A stretch of DNA of 64,000 nucleotides from IMG/VR virus record IMGVR_UViG_2595698293_000001, positions 128,001 to 192,000 of that record, one strand, 5' to 3'. Source of the stretch: a virus. Lineage: Duplodnaviria; Caudoviricetes. Below the pieces are notes generated by a model that saw only the letters and a program-made list of their open reading frames with translations, had not been told where the DNA came from and did no database searches. This document shows, one piece after another, positions 1-12,051 of the stretch (positions are counted from its first letter, which is position 1; every line of letters starts with the position of its first letter). A program made the position numbers and the translations under genes.

Positions 1-2
1 AA

Positions 3-2189
3 TTGCAATTTCATGAAGGAATTAAAACTTCTGTAATTCATGATATCCTAATTAAAAGTTCATCAGAGCTTATTTCTGAAGATACTCCAAATTATCAATA
101 CGTAGCGGGTCGTCTTTTGAATTATAGTATTCGTAAAGAAGTTTATGGTCAGTATGAACCAATTCCTTACGGAGAATATGTAAATAACATGGTTCAAAAA
201 GGTATATACGATCCTATCATTCTGGAAAAATATAATTCAGCAGAAATCGAAGAACTCGGGAAATGCATTAAACACAAACGTGATGATAAATTTACTTTTG
301 TTGCAATGAGTCAATGGCAAGGTAAGTATCTGTGTAAAAACCGTGTAACTAAAGAAATTTATGAAACACCACAAATGGCTTATATGACTATCGCTGCTAC
401 GATTTTCTCTGAATACAGTACTGAAATTCGTTTGTCATATGTTAAGAAGTTCTATGATGCTATTAGTACTTTTGATATTAGTTTACCAACTCCGATTATG
501 TCCGGTCTTCGCACTAATACACGTCAGTTCTCAAGTTGTGTAGTACTGAATGTTGGCGATAGTCTTGATAGTATTGGTTCCAGTAATCATGCAATCCTGC
601 GTTATATTTCACGTAAAGCAGGGCTTGGTGTTAATATGGGACGTATTCGTGCAATTGATTCTGCAATTCGTGATGGCGATGCAGTACATACTGGTGTAGT
701 ACCATTCTTATCTGCATTAGCAAAAACTGTCAAAAGCTGTTCCCAGGGAGGTGTAAGAGGCGGGGCAGCAACCGTACATTTTCCAATGTGGCATTTGGAA
801 TTTGAAAATATTGTAGTACTGAAAAATAATAAAGGAACTGAATTTAACCGAGTAAGACAACTGGACTATTGCTTCCAAATCAATAAGACATTATATCAAC
901 GATTGATTGATGGAAAAGACATTACATTCTTTAGCCCACATGATGTTCCTGATCTATATGATGCATTTTGTGCTGATCAAGAAGAATTTGAACGTCTGTA
1001 TATTAAGTATGAACTCGATGAAACTATTCGTAGGAAAACTATGCCAGCGATTGAAGCATTTAGTCATCTAATACAAGAGCGTGCAGAAACTGGCCGCATT
1101 TATATTCAGAATATTGATAATGCCAATGAGCATGGTTCATTTATTCCAGAAATTGCACCAATTGAGCAAAGTAATTTGTGTCAGGAAATTGATTTACCAT
1201 CTGTTCCATTTGAAGATATTAATAATGGTGAAGGTCTTATTAGCCTATGTACTTTGAGTGCTATTAACTGGGGTAATTTTGACAAACCCGAAGATATGGA
1301 AGAAGCGTGTGATTTGGCTGTCCGTGCCCTGGATGCTATTCTTGATTATCAGGATTATCCAGTACTACATGCTGAACGAGCTACAAAGCTCTACAGACCA
1401 CTTGGTGTTGGTATTATGAGCCTAGCCTATTTCCTGGCTAAACGTGGCTTAAAATACGATACAAACGCATTGAACACTATTAACGAATGGTCAGAAGCGT
1501 GGTCTTATTATTTGATTAAAGCATCCGTAAACCTTGCAAAAGAAAAAGGGCATTGTGATGGATTTAAGAATACTAAGTACTCACTGGGTTTATTCCCACA
1601 TGACACTTATAAATCAGATTCATATATCAATGAAATTGCACCATATGAATTAAAACAAGATTGGGATTCCCTACGTGAAGAAATGATGGTGTATGGTATT
1701 CGTAATGCTACATTACATGCAAATATGCCAGGAGAAACATCATCACAAATCAGTAATAGTACTGCTGGTATTGAAAAGATTCGTTCTCTTGTAACAGTAA
1801 AAACTTCTAAAGATGGTGTTCTTAAACAAGTTGTACCTGAAATTTCAAAATTAAAGAACAAATATGACCTACTATGGGAACAATCTGATAATATTGGTTA
1901 TCTTCAGGTGTGCGGCGTTATGCAGAAATATATGGATCAAGGTATAAGTACTAATACGAGTTATAATCCTGAAAAGTTCCAAGATGGAAAAGTGCCAATG
2001 TCAGTACTGTTAACAGAACTTCTAATGGCTTATAAACTTAACACAAAACAACTATACTATCATAACGTGTTGGACAATGCTTCTGAAGTTGATATTGACA
2101 AATATATGGAAGAAAAAAATAAATTAACAAAAAATGATATTGTTTTGCCTGAGCTACCAGAAGATGATTGTGAGAGTTGTAAATTGTAA
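3..2189 (+). CDS. nrdA: Ribonucleotide reductase class Ia alpha subunit (5' end probably truncated by the window edge)
   Basis: PTPIMSGLRT, SSC, CSQGGVRGG, EQSNLCQEI motifs; C-terminal CESCKL cysteine pair. Confidence 0.97.
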   Translation: MQFHEGIKTSVIHDILIKSSSELISEDTPNYQYVAGRLLNYSIRKEVYGQYEPIPYGEYVNNMVQKGIYDPIILEKYNSAEIEELGKCIKHKRDDKFTFVAMSQWQGKYLCKNRVTKEIYETPQMAYMTIAATIFSEYSTEIRLSYVKKFYDAISTFDISLPTPIMSGLRTNTRQFSSCVVLNVGDSLDSIGSSNHAILRYISRKAGLGVNMGRIRAIDSAIRDGDAVHTGVVPFLSALAKTVKSCSQGGVRGGAATVHFPMWHLEFENIVVLKNNKGTEFNRVRQLDYCFQINKTLYQRLIDGKDITFFSPHDVPDLYDAFCADQEEFERLYIKYELDETIRRKTMPAIEAFSHLIQERAETGRIYIQNIDNANEHGSFIPEIAPIEQSNLCQEIDLPSVPFEDINNGEGLISLCTLSAINWGNFDKPEDMEEACDLAVRALDAILDYQDYPVLHAERATKLYRPLGVGIMSLAYFLAKRGLKYDTNALNTINEWSEAWSYYLIKASVNLAKEKGHCDGFKNTKYSLGLFPHDTYKSDSYINEIAPYELKQDWDSLREEMMVYGIRNATLHANMPGETSSQISNSTAGIEKIRSLVTVKTSKDGVLKQVVPEISKLKNKYDLLWEQSDNIGYLQVCGVMQKYMDQGISTNTSYNPEKFQDGKVPMSVLLTELLMAYKLNTKQLYYHNVLDNASEVDIDKYMEEKNKLTKNDIVLPELPEDDCESCKL

Positions 2190-2287
2190 TATATTAATTA
2201 CTAAAAATATCACAAATTAATATCAATAGTAAAAAGCTAAACACCATATAACGGTTTTTACTTTCGAATACAAATAATAATATAATA

Positions 2288-2312
2288 AATCCCACAATTA
2301 AGTGGGATTTTT
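2288..2312 (+). terminator. Rho-independent terminator
   Basis: AATCCCAC-AATTAA-GTGGGATT hairpin followed by T run. Confidence 0.7.
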
Positions 2313-2339
2313 ATTCTATAAAACAAAGGAATGTAACAA

Positions 2340-3464
2340 ATGTCAGTGTTTCAAAAAAATACAAAATCACATTTAGAAAAGAATATGTTTTTTGATGAAG
2401 CGGTAGATATCCAACGCTTTGAAACTAACAAGTATTCTACCATTGAGAAATTAACCGAACAACAAAAAGGATTTTTCTGGAGTCCCGGTGAAGTTGACGT
2501 AAATAAAGACAAAATTGATTTTACTAAATTATCTGAAGCGGAAAAGCATATTTTCACTTCCAACCTCAAACGTCAGATACTACTTGATTCAGTACAGGGC
2601 CGTGGTCCAAACACGGTACTTCTACCACTGGCTTCGTTACCGGAAGTAGAAAATTTTATTGAAACTTGGGCGTTCTTTGAAGGTGCAATTCATAGTAAAT
2701 CATATACTCATATTATTCGTAACATCTACACCAATCCATCTGAAGTATTTGATACTATGCTTGATATTCCTGAAATTCTGGATTGTGCCGTTGACGTATC
2801 TAAGTACTATGATGATTTAGAAGAATACGGTACTTGGTATCGTATGCTTGGTGTTGGCACACATACTATCAATGGTAAAGAACTTGTTATTGACATGTAT
2901 GAACTGAAAAAGAAACTGTGGTTGTGCTTAAATTCCATTAACGTATTGGAGGGTATACGATTTTATGTCTCATTCGCTGCATCCTTTGCATTTGGTGAAA
3001 ATAAAATCATGGAAGGTAATGCCAAGATCATTAGACTAATTGCGAGGGATGAGTCTCTCCATTTAGCAGCAACTCAAATGATGCTTCGTTTGTTGAAAAA
3101 AGAAGATCCAGACTTTGTTAAAATTTCTGAAGAATGCTATGATGAAGTCCAGAGTATGTTCCTGGATGCTATTAAGCAAGAAGAAGACTGGGCTGATTAT
3201 CTATTTAAAGATGGTTCTATTATCGGTCTTAATGCTGAAATACTAAAACAGTATGTTCGCTGGATTGGATCTAAACGTATGGCAGCAGTTGGAATTAAGT
3301 GTCCATATGCTGTAACGAAAAATAGCCCACTCCCATGGATGGAACATTGGATTAGTAGTGCGGGTGTGCAGGTTGCACCACAAGAAACTGAAATTAGTTC
3401 CTATGTAATTGGTGGTATCAAAGCCGATATTACAGAAAACACGTTCAGTACATTTAAACTATAA
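2340..3464 (+). CDS. nrdB: Ribonucleotide reductase class Ia beta subunit
   Basis: LDSVQGRGP, IHSKSY, LEGIRFYVSF, IARDESLH, VAPQETEISSY motifs. Confidence 0.97.
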   Translation: MSVFQKNTKSHLEKNMFFDEAVDIQRFETNKYSTIEKLTEQQKGFFWSPGEVDVNKDKIDFTKLSEAEKHIFTSNLKRQILLDSVQGRGPNTVLLPLASLPEVENFIETWAFFEGAIHSKSYTHIIRNIYTNPSEVFDTMLDIPEILDCAVDVSKYYDDLEEYGTWYRMLGVGTHTINGKELVIDMYELKKKLWLCLNSINVLEGIRFYVSFAASFAFGENKIMEGNAKIIRLIARDESLHLAATQMMLRLLKKEDPDFVKISEECYDEVQSMFLDAIKQEEDWADYLFKDGSIIGLNAEILKQYVRWIGSKRMAAVGIKCPYAVTKNSPLPWMEHWISSAGVQVAPQETEISSYVIGGIKADITENTFSTFKL

Positions 3465-3469
3465 AATAC

Positions 3470-3502
3470 AAAATTCAGTACTGATTAAGTACTGAATTTT
3501 TT
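3470..3502 (+). terminator. Rho-independent terminator built from two AGTACT palindromes
   Basis: AAAATTCAGTACT-GATTA-AGTACTGAATTTT followed by T run. Confidence 0.7.
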
Positions 3503-3516
3503 ATAAGGTATAAATT

Positions 3517-3708
3517 ATGGATGAAATAAATCATATTACAAAAGATGTTTTTACTATTGATTACGGGGTTGAATACAAATTCGTAATGCAAGGTGGGTTT
3601 GAAATTTTAGGCACCGTTGTTGATGTGTTTGATAACGGGATTGAGCTATCAGATGGCACTCGACTGGTGCAGGAGCATATTCTTTTATTCAAAGCGATGA
3701 AACGATAA
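3517..3708 (+). CDS. Hypothetical protein
   Basis: ORF with AAGG SD. Confidence 0.6.
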   Translation: MDEINHITKDVFTIDYGVEYKFVMQGGFEILGTVVDVFDNGIELSDGTRLVQEHILLFKAMKR

Positions 3709-3713
3709 AATTT

Positions 3714-3743
3714 TTGAACAGACACAAATTCATGTGATATAAT
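3714..3743 (+). promoter_or_regulatory. Sigma70-type promoter of a recurring TTGAAC-N17/18-TATAAT class
   Basis: TTGAAC...TGATATAAT; same class at about 13001, 21374, 48303, 49389, 50264, 50432, 50639 and 63291. Confidence 0.65.
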
Positions 3744-3780
3744 AAACTTGATAAAACACCAACACTAAGGAAACAAACAA

Positions 3781-4023
3781 ATGAACGAACTAAACAAAGA
3801 AGCTCTAAATGAAATGGTAGAAAACAACATCGAAGCAGCACAAGAAGAAATTGGTTATGAATTGTCAGAAGAAGATCTGGCAAAATCTCGTGATATCATT
3901 GCTCAACTGACTAAGTACTACAACATCAAAGATCAGAAACAAGAACATAACAAAAAGATCAAAGCACAACGCCGAGCTAAAAATAAAGTACAACGTAATT
4001 CTCGTCGTATTAACCGAAAATAA
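3781..4023 (+). CDS. Hypothetical protein with a very basic C-terminal tail
   Basis: AAGGA SD; tail KKIKAQRRAKNKVQRNSRRINRK. Confidence 0.7.
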   Translation: MNELNKEALNEMVENNIEAAQEEIGYELSEEDLAKSRDIIAQLTKYYNIKDQKQEHNKKIKAQRRAKNKVQRNSRRINRK

Positions 4024-4038
4024 AAAGAGGTACCCAAG

Positions 4039-5156
<1,118 letters not shown>

Positions 5157-5181
5157 TAAAAAAGGAGGACCGTTGTCCTCC

Positions 5182-5826
5182 TTATAGTTTATTTAATTCA
5201 GTACCAATGAACTGCATTTGATCTTTGATTTTATTGACAAGTAATTCAACTTCGAATTTATTACAAGGTTTATCAACTGTAATCATTGTATATCCTACGA
5301 TTTCATACCCTTTGGTGTCCAAAATAGGAATAGTGATAACAGTATCATATGTGACCCTTGTGCTTTTAACATAAGCACATGTGAAGTTTTTCGGATCATA
5401 ATTTTGACTACATTCGTTGTTTGAAGTATAGATATTTTCAAAATGTACTTTGTTTAAAAGTAATTCTTGAAAAGTATTATTTTTCTTGTCAATCAAATAC
5501 ATATAATTACTTATCTTTCTTTCTGGATAACGGTTTTTAAATGCTATCCCTTCTTGTGATACTATTATTTTTGTATTTTTATCTTTGTTAAATTTATATA
5601 CAACTATATATTGTACTGAATCATCAAGATTTATAATTTCTTGCATATTGGTATCAATCCTGTTGATATGATAACTATATGGAAAAGCATTCTCTTGAAT
5701 ATGCGGAACTATTTGATTAACCAAAAAATCAGTTATTGTATCTTTATTGTAAATCATTAAAGAGAGTATAGTAACGAAAAACGCTATAATACAAAGCTTT
5801 GATAGACCATGTTTTGTGCTGAGCAT
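5182..5826 (-). CDS. Putative T4 T-like holin paralog (single TM plus periplasmic GAF-like domain)
   Basis: N-terminal TM; YIVVYKF and TIPILD..GYEIVGYTMI patterns parallel to T4 T and to the neighbouring gene. Confidence 0.45.
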   Translation of the reverse strand: MLSTKHGLSKLCIIAFFVTILSLMIYNKDTITDFLVNQIVPHIQENAFPYSYHINRIDTNMQEIINLDDSVQYIVVYKFNKDKNTKIIVSQEGIAFKNRYPERKISNYMYLIDKKNNTFQELLLNKVHFENIYTSNNECSQNYDPKNFTCAYVKSTRVTYDTVITIPILDTKGYEIVGYTMITVDKPCNKFEVELLVNKIKDQMQFIGTELNKL

Positions 5827-5838
5827 AAGTTTACCTCC

Positions 5839-6561
5839 TTAATATTCCAAATAATAACCAACATCATTCGCAATATTTTGTGCTATGTTGTTGAATTGCT
5901 CAACTTCAGCTTCATCTTTAGGAACTCTTTTGAAATATACAGCAATATACCCAGTTATTGTTGCAAATTTAACAGGAGCAGAAACAAGATAAACATTTCC
6001 ATCATTAACTAATGCAGGATAGTTAATCTGAGATGTATATTCGTTTCGTGTCTCGTTACTATCTTTCAAATACTCTGTGTATATTTTTTTTATTTCAACA
6101 TAATATATGTGATTATTCCATAATTTATTAGTTTCTGCAAGAAATGAACTTAGTGGCAAGTTATCTAAATGGTAGACACTAATATCGTCTTTATTTGGTG
6201 GATTAACCTTATAGGTAACTAAAATACGTCTTTCTGAAAATTGTGTATTTTCAGGAACATACTTATAAACTAATATCATAGATATATCATTTGGATAAGC
6301 ATTGATTGCTTTAGTTAGCCCTTTATCAATAGTATCTTTATTTTCTTTCTTTATAGTATACTTCGTAGAATTTCCTAGTTCTTCATGTTTATTGGGATTG
6401 TTTAATGTATTATTGATATATAATGTCCAAGAATCTGCTGTACTATATATAATAAAACCAATAACCAAGCAAAAAAACACTGTAATTATTTTAGAAGTCT
6501 TCCATTTCGTGATCATATCAAGGAGTTTATTAATATTTTCACTATCAAAATTGATATTCAT
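5839..6561 (-). CDS. Putative T4 T-like holin
   Basis: Amphipathic N-terminus plus one TM; ILVYKYVPEN resembles T4 T SAVYSFRPKN; YLVSAPV...GYIAVYF resembles YMYSCPY...GTITMYW. Confidence 0.55.
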   Translation of the reverse strand: MNINFDSENINKLLDMITKWKTSKIITVFFCLVIGFIIYSTADSWTLYINNTLNNPNKHEELGNSTKYTIKKENKDTIDKGLTKAINAYPNDISMILVYKYVPENTQFSERRILVTYKVNPPNKDDISVYHLDNLPLSSFLAETNKLWNNHIYYVEIKKIYTEYLKDSNETRNEYTSQINYPALVNDGNVYLVSAPVKFATITGYIAVYFKRVPKDEAEVEQFNNIAQNIANDVGYYLEY

Positions 6562-6592
6562 ATCTCAATCCCCATGAGTAGACTATATAGAG

Positions 6593-6598
6593 TATTTA
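6593..6598 (-). promoter_or_regulatory. Putative late promoter core TAAATA upstream of the holin pair
   Basis: TAAATA on minus strand about 30 nt upstream of ATG; similar cores at 11444, 18210, 24030 and 47684. Confidence 0.4.
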
Positions 6599-6634
6599 CC
6601 CAAAAACTAATTTTACCATGAGATAATTCTTAAT

Positions 6635-6991
6635 ATGATAATTTTATACTTTCTATGGATTAATATATTATTAGTACTGATAACTTCAGGATTTAGTACT
6701 ACTGCAATTGTTGTTTATATTTTAAGTTCAGTGTTTATGATTATGAGATCATTATCTATAATTTTCAGTACTGAATTAACAAAAAAGAATAATGATTTTT
6801 ATGTCTTTTTATCAGAACTCAAAGATGATAATCCAAAATTAACTAAAAGTAATATCGTGTGTTCTAATATAATACACTTGGTACTAATATTTGTATTTTT
6901 ACATAGTTATATTGCATTGGGCTTTGTATTATTTAATGTTATTATTAGACTTATCGAATCATATAAAATGGAGAAATTATTTAATGGCTAA
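6635..6991 (+). CDS. Hypothetical membrane protein
   Basis: Several hydrophobic segments. Confidence 0.6.
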   Translation: MIILYFLWINILLVLITSGFSTTAIVVYILSSVFMIMRSLSIIFSTELTKKNNDFYVFLSELKDDNPKLTKSNIVCSNIIHLVLIFVFLHSYIALGFVLFNVIIRLIESYKMEKLFNG

Positions 6992-7508
6992 AATTATTTT
7001 ATGTACAGATAAAAATTACGGTATAGGATATAAAAATACAATTCCGTGGCATAGCAGTGAAGATTTTAAACACTTCAAAGAAGAAACTTTGAATAAAACT
7101 GTTGTGATGGGATATAATACATGGAAATCCCTACCAAATAAACCATTGTCAAAAAGACTTAATATTGTGCTTGTTAATCGTGCATATGAAGATCGTGATA
7201 TGTATGATCAAACCAACGTCTTATTTCTGGATGAAGATAATTTAGAAAGTATTATTCGTAATAACCCTGATTGTGTTATTATTGGCGGTGCATCAATTTA
7301 TAAAATGAGTTTGCCTCATGTAGATGAAATCGTACATAGTATAATTCCCAAAGAATTTGTATGTGATTGCTTTTTTGACTTCACTATTGATAAGCGTGTG
7401 ATTATTGAACGTGAAAGTTGTAAAACACTTGATGATGGTATTATGGTGGATTATTATAAATGCAACCCAAATCCAGATTATGATGATTACGTGGATTCAT
7501 ATCAATGA
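6984..7508 (+). CDS. frd: Dihydrofolate reductase
   Basis: GIGYKNTIPWH, EDFKHFK, VVMGYNTWKSLP, PLSKRLNIV, IIGGASIY; ATG at 6984 after GGAG SD. Confidence 0.95.
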   Translation: MAKIILCTDKNYGIGYKNTIPWHSSEDFKHFKEETLNKTVVMGYNTWKSLPNKPLSKRLNIVLVNRAYEDRDMYDQTNVLFLDEDNLESIIRNNPDCVIIGGASIYKMSLPHVDEIVHSIIPKEFVCDCFFDFTIDKRVIIERESCKTLDDGIMVDYYKCNPNPDYDDYVDSYQ

Positions 7509-8089
7509 AGATAAAGGATATGGAAGTTCGTTTATGTGAGCGTGGTGAAATTTCTTCATTCATTGAAGAACATCATTATTCTAAAAATATTAATGGTTGT
7601 ATAACTGATTATTGTTTCAAATTAACATATAATAATGAAATAATTGGTGCTATGTTTTATGGAAAAATGGCTATGGCTAACCAATACAAAAGATTTGTTG
7701 ATAGAGAAGAAGATTGTATTGAGTTGCGTAGATTATGCTGTATTGATGATACACCAAAAAACACTGAAAGTTTTTTTATTGGTAAAACACTAAAATGGCT
7801 TAAAAAGAACACGCAAATAAAGGTGGTTGTTAGTTATGCAGATCAAGAATATGGTCATAGTGGTATAATTTATAAAGCATCTAATTTTGAATATAATGGA
7901 TTTAAAAAAGGTGCTAAAGTTATAATCCACAATGGCAAACAATATCATGATAAAGCTATTAGAACTAAGTATAAAGGGAAGTTAAAACCATTTGCACAAA
8001 GATTAAAAGATGCATTAGACAGTGGTGATGCTTATTATAAACAAACTGCTGGAAAACATACTTACACTTACAAGTTAAGGAAAACTTAG
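7505..8089 (+). CDS. Mom-like GNAT-fold DNA modification protein
   Basis: HHYS, ELRRLC, PKNTESFFI, VVSYAD...GHSGIIYKASNF motifs typical of the Mom family. Confidence 0.7.
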   Translation: MKIKDMEVRLCERGEISSFIEEHHYSKNINGCITDYCFKLTYNNEIIGAMFYGKMAMANQYKRFVDREEDCIELRRLCCIDDTPKNTESFFIGKTLKWLKKNTQIKVVVSYADQEYGHSGIIYKASNFEYNGFKKGAKVIIHNGKQYHDKAIRTKYKGKLKPFAQRLKDALDSGDAYYKQTAGKHTYTYKLRKT

Positions 8090-8112
8090 TATCATATACT
8101 CAAGGAAGAATA

Positions 8113-9471
8113 ATGTCAATAAAAAAAGAAACTACAAAATTAAAACCCACCGCAGATCAGAAAGTTATACTTGATGATTTTTTGGATAGAGTTGATAATT
8201 ATCCAGGTAGGACTGAAGCTGTTCTTTCTGCACCTGCTGGTACTGGTAAAACGTTCACCACTGCTGAAATTATTAAATTACTTTATAAAGATTATAATAT
8301 TGCGGTAACTTCTCCTACACACAAAGCAAATTCCGTAATTCAAAATATGCTTATCAACCAAGCAGGGATTACAAAAGAAGATGCAAAGGTAAGTACTATT
8401 CATTCTTTTCTTGGGCTTAAATTGGTACAGGAAAAAAATCATCAAGTACTGAAGCACGATCCACATAGTAAATTATCAACAACCAACGTTGATGTTCTTA
8501 TCGTGGACGAATGTTCTATGATTTCAGAAGAATTATATTTCCATATACAGAATCAATTACATCGTGTACGAAGGGCAGTGTTATACATTGGCGATAAATG
8601 TCAGTTACCACCAGTAGAAGCTGAAGTTATTGGTAAAGAAAAATTATCCCCAACCTTTGATGTTTCAGTACAGTATACATTAACTGAAGTACTACGTCAG
8701 GCAATGGACAATCCAGTACTATCAGTCGCTACTGCTATCAGAGAATGCATCGGTACCAATAAAGATCCAATGCATATTATGGTCAATAACACAAAAGGTC
8801 ATGATACTATCACACCCATTGATGATGAAGATTTATTTCTGAATGTATATAAGGATTTTATTATTGAAAACAAAGGTAATAGTAATAAAATTTTTGATTT
8901 CGTGAATGAAAATAAAATCCTTGCATATACGAATATGAGAGTTAATATTGCAAACATGTATATCAGAAATCAATTATATGATGTACTTGATGAATTCGTA
9001 AAAGGGGAACCTATTGTATTTGAGAGTATTACCGAAAATAGTCCATATTCTGTTCAACAAATTATTCAGTGTCCAAGAGTGAGAAAAGAATCATTTATGG
9101 GTATTGATTGTTGGCAGTTTCAGTTACTTAATGGTAGTTTCATTTACGGAGTTGGTCCTTCATCACGTGCGGCAATGGAAGATCATTTACAGGATATGGT
9201 AAGAAAGATTGAAAAGAAAGTTTTTAATCCATTGACAAAACGACCATATGTATGGCAGGATTATTATATCATTCGCAATAAAATGCATATCATTAATTAC
9301 CCATACGCAACAACTGTCCACAAATCACAGGGTAGTACATTCGATAATATTTGGTTTGATACTGATTTCATTGAGAGAATCCCAAACAATGATATGAAAT
9401 GTCGAATTCTTTATACTGCAATGACACGTCCCAGATATAGTGTAATGTTAAGACAGAATGATTACTATTAA
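8113..9471 (+). CDS. dda: Dda-like SF1 DNA helicase
   Basis: APAGTGKT Walker A, VDECSM, IGDKCQLPPV, LRQ, TVHKSQGSTF, LYTAMTR. Confidence 0.9.
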   Translation: MSIKKETTKLKPTADQKVILDDFLDRVDNYPGRTEAVLSAPAGTGKTFTTAEIIKLLYKDYNIAVTSPTHKANSVIQNMLINQAGITKEDAKVSTIHSFLGLKLVQEKNHQVLKHDPHSKLSTTNVDVLIVDECSMISEELYFHIQNQLHRVRRAVLYIGDKCQLPPVEAEVIGKEKLSPTFDVSVQYTLTEVLRQAMDNPVLSVATAIRECIGTNKDPMHIMVNNTKGHDTITPIDDEDLFLNVYKDFIIENKGNSNKIFDFVNENKILAYTNMRVNIANMYIRNQLYDVLDEFVKGEPIVFESITENSPYSVQQIIQCPRVRKESFMGIDCWQFQLLNGSFIYGVGPSSRAAMEDHLQDMVRKIEKKVFNPLTKRPYVWQDYYIIRNKMHIINYPYATTVHKSQGSTFDNIWFDTDFIERIPNNDMKCRILYTAMTRPRYSVMLRQNDYY

Positions 9472-9510
9472 AATAAATAACAAAAAGAACTCTATGTTTT
9501 GGAGAACAAA

Positions 9511-10071
9511 ATGAATAACCAAATGCATGTTTTTAAAATTACAGTACCAGGTAAAGTACTGGATGATAAACTATATTATCAATATACCGATTTCGAAGAT
9601 GTAGTAGGTGATGCTACTAAACCACCAAGTGATGCACAAACTGTTGAGAAAAGTAAGGCGTATGTTCGTATGCGTTATTTCAATATTCAACTGGCATCTC
9701 TAATGATTCCTGTGTATGCTACATTTGAACCAACTACTGCTGGTACTTGTGCTGTTATTCCAGATACACCAGTACTGCACATTGGATACGTAAGTTATGA
9801 ACCGTTCCTTAGTACTCTAAGTGATGCCGCACGTGCAGCCTTGGATACTGAAGACAAACGCACCGCTGCCGCAGCAAGTGTTATTGAACAACTTCTAATC
9901 GACGCCCTGGCTAAAGATCTGGTTGGTGAACAAGTACAAGTTCAAAAAACCACCAATCGCACTACAAGTCCACTAACAACCACTGAGGTTGATTATCGTG
10001 AAATCAGTATCGTGGAACTTGATGTTCCAGGAAGTGAAGTATTAGTTACTGTAGAATATGTAAAATTATAA
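9511..10071 (+). CDS. Hypothetical protein, possibly virion-associated
   Basis: ORF with GGAG SD; Thr/Ala/Val-rich. Confidence 0.6.
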   Translation: MNNQMHVFKITVPGKVLDDKLYYQYTDFEDVVGDATKPPSDAQTVEKSKAYVRMRYFNIQLASLMIPVYATFEPTTAGTCAVIPDTPVLHIGYVSYEPFLSTLSDAARAALDTEDKRTAAAASVIEQLLIDALAKDLVGEQVQVQKTTNRTTSPLTTTEVDYREISIVELDVPGSEVLVTVEYVKL

Positions 10072-10092
10072 TTTTTCAATTGGAGTCTTGAC

Positions 10093-10281
10093 ATGCAGGA
10101 TAAAAAATTCTATGATCGCATTATTGAAGATGAACAATTCTTTGATAAAGTAATCTATGATATTGAGCATTTTATTGAAAATGCTCCAACGGTGAAAGCA
10201 CGTCAACTAGGCTATGCAGTAAAACAAGGCTTAGTTGAAATCAAAAAAATTGCATCATACTATTCTGATGCTAAAAAATAA
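10093..10281 (+). CDS. Hypothetical protein
   Basis: GGAG SD plus ORF. Confidence 0.65.
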   Translation: MQDKKFYDRIIEDEQFFDKVIYDIEHFIENAPTVKARQLGYAVKQGLVEIKKIASYYSDAKK

Positions 10282-10349
10282 TGCTTTACTAATGTTTTAA
10301 AATAACATATAATACAATCTTACCAATAAAAAACGGAGTAGTATAATAC

Positions 10350-10859
10350 ATGAAAGAAATTATTGCCAATGACAAAATTATTGCTAAAACTGTTCGTTTA
10401 GTAATGGACGGTTCTAGTGAAGTAATGGCAATTGCTAAAGCACGTCAGGAAGCCGATAATTTGGGTCTTGATATTGTGGTTGTAAATAATGGGGATGTGC
10501 CTGTAGTTAAAATTGTAGACCTTAACAAATACAAATACGAACTCAAACAATCAGAAAAAGCATCTCTGAAAAAACAGCGTCAGAATGTTATCAGTACTAA
10601 GGAGATTCAATTCACTTTCGGTACTCAGGATAATGATTTGATCGTTAAGGCTAAATCTGCTACTAAGTTTTTATCAGAAGGTAAAAATGTATTAATTGTT
10701 ATGAAAACCGTTGGTCGTGGAAATACACCTCAATTAGTTAAACAAAATATTGATGCGATGAATGCTTTTGTGAAACGTCTTGGTGAAGTAGACTTTATCC
10801 AAAAAGTCGAATATCAGGGCAAAAAAGTAACATGCACTGTCAAAAGTACTGTAAAATAA
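10350..10859 (+). CDS. infC: Translation initiation factor IF-3
   Basis: ANDKI..KTVRLV, A..LGLDIVVV, PVVKIVDLNKYKYE, KEIQF, DL.VK, FLSEG. Confidence 0.9.
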   Translation: MKEIIANDKIIAKTVRLVMDGSSEVMAIAKARQEADNLGLDIVVVNNGDVPVVKIVDLNKYKYELKQSEKASLKKQRQNVISTKEIQFTFGTQDNDLIVKAKSATKFLSEGKNVLIVMKTVGRGNTPQLVKQNIDAMNAFVKRLGEVDFIQKVEYQGKKVTCTVKSTVK

Positions 10860-11414
<555 letters not shown>

Positions 11415-11418
11415 TAAT

Positions 11419-12039
<621 letters not shown>

Positions 12040-12051
12040 GGAGTAAATCCA

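Noticed and set aside
1-3464. Introns or inteins in nrdA/nrdB
   Set aside because: Both reading frames are continuous and of normal length.
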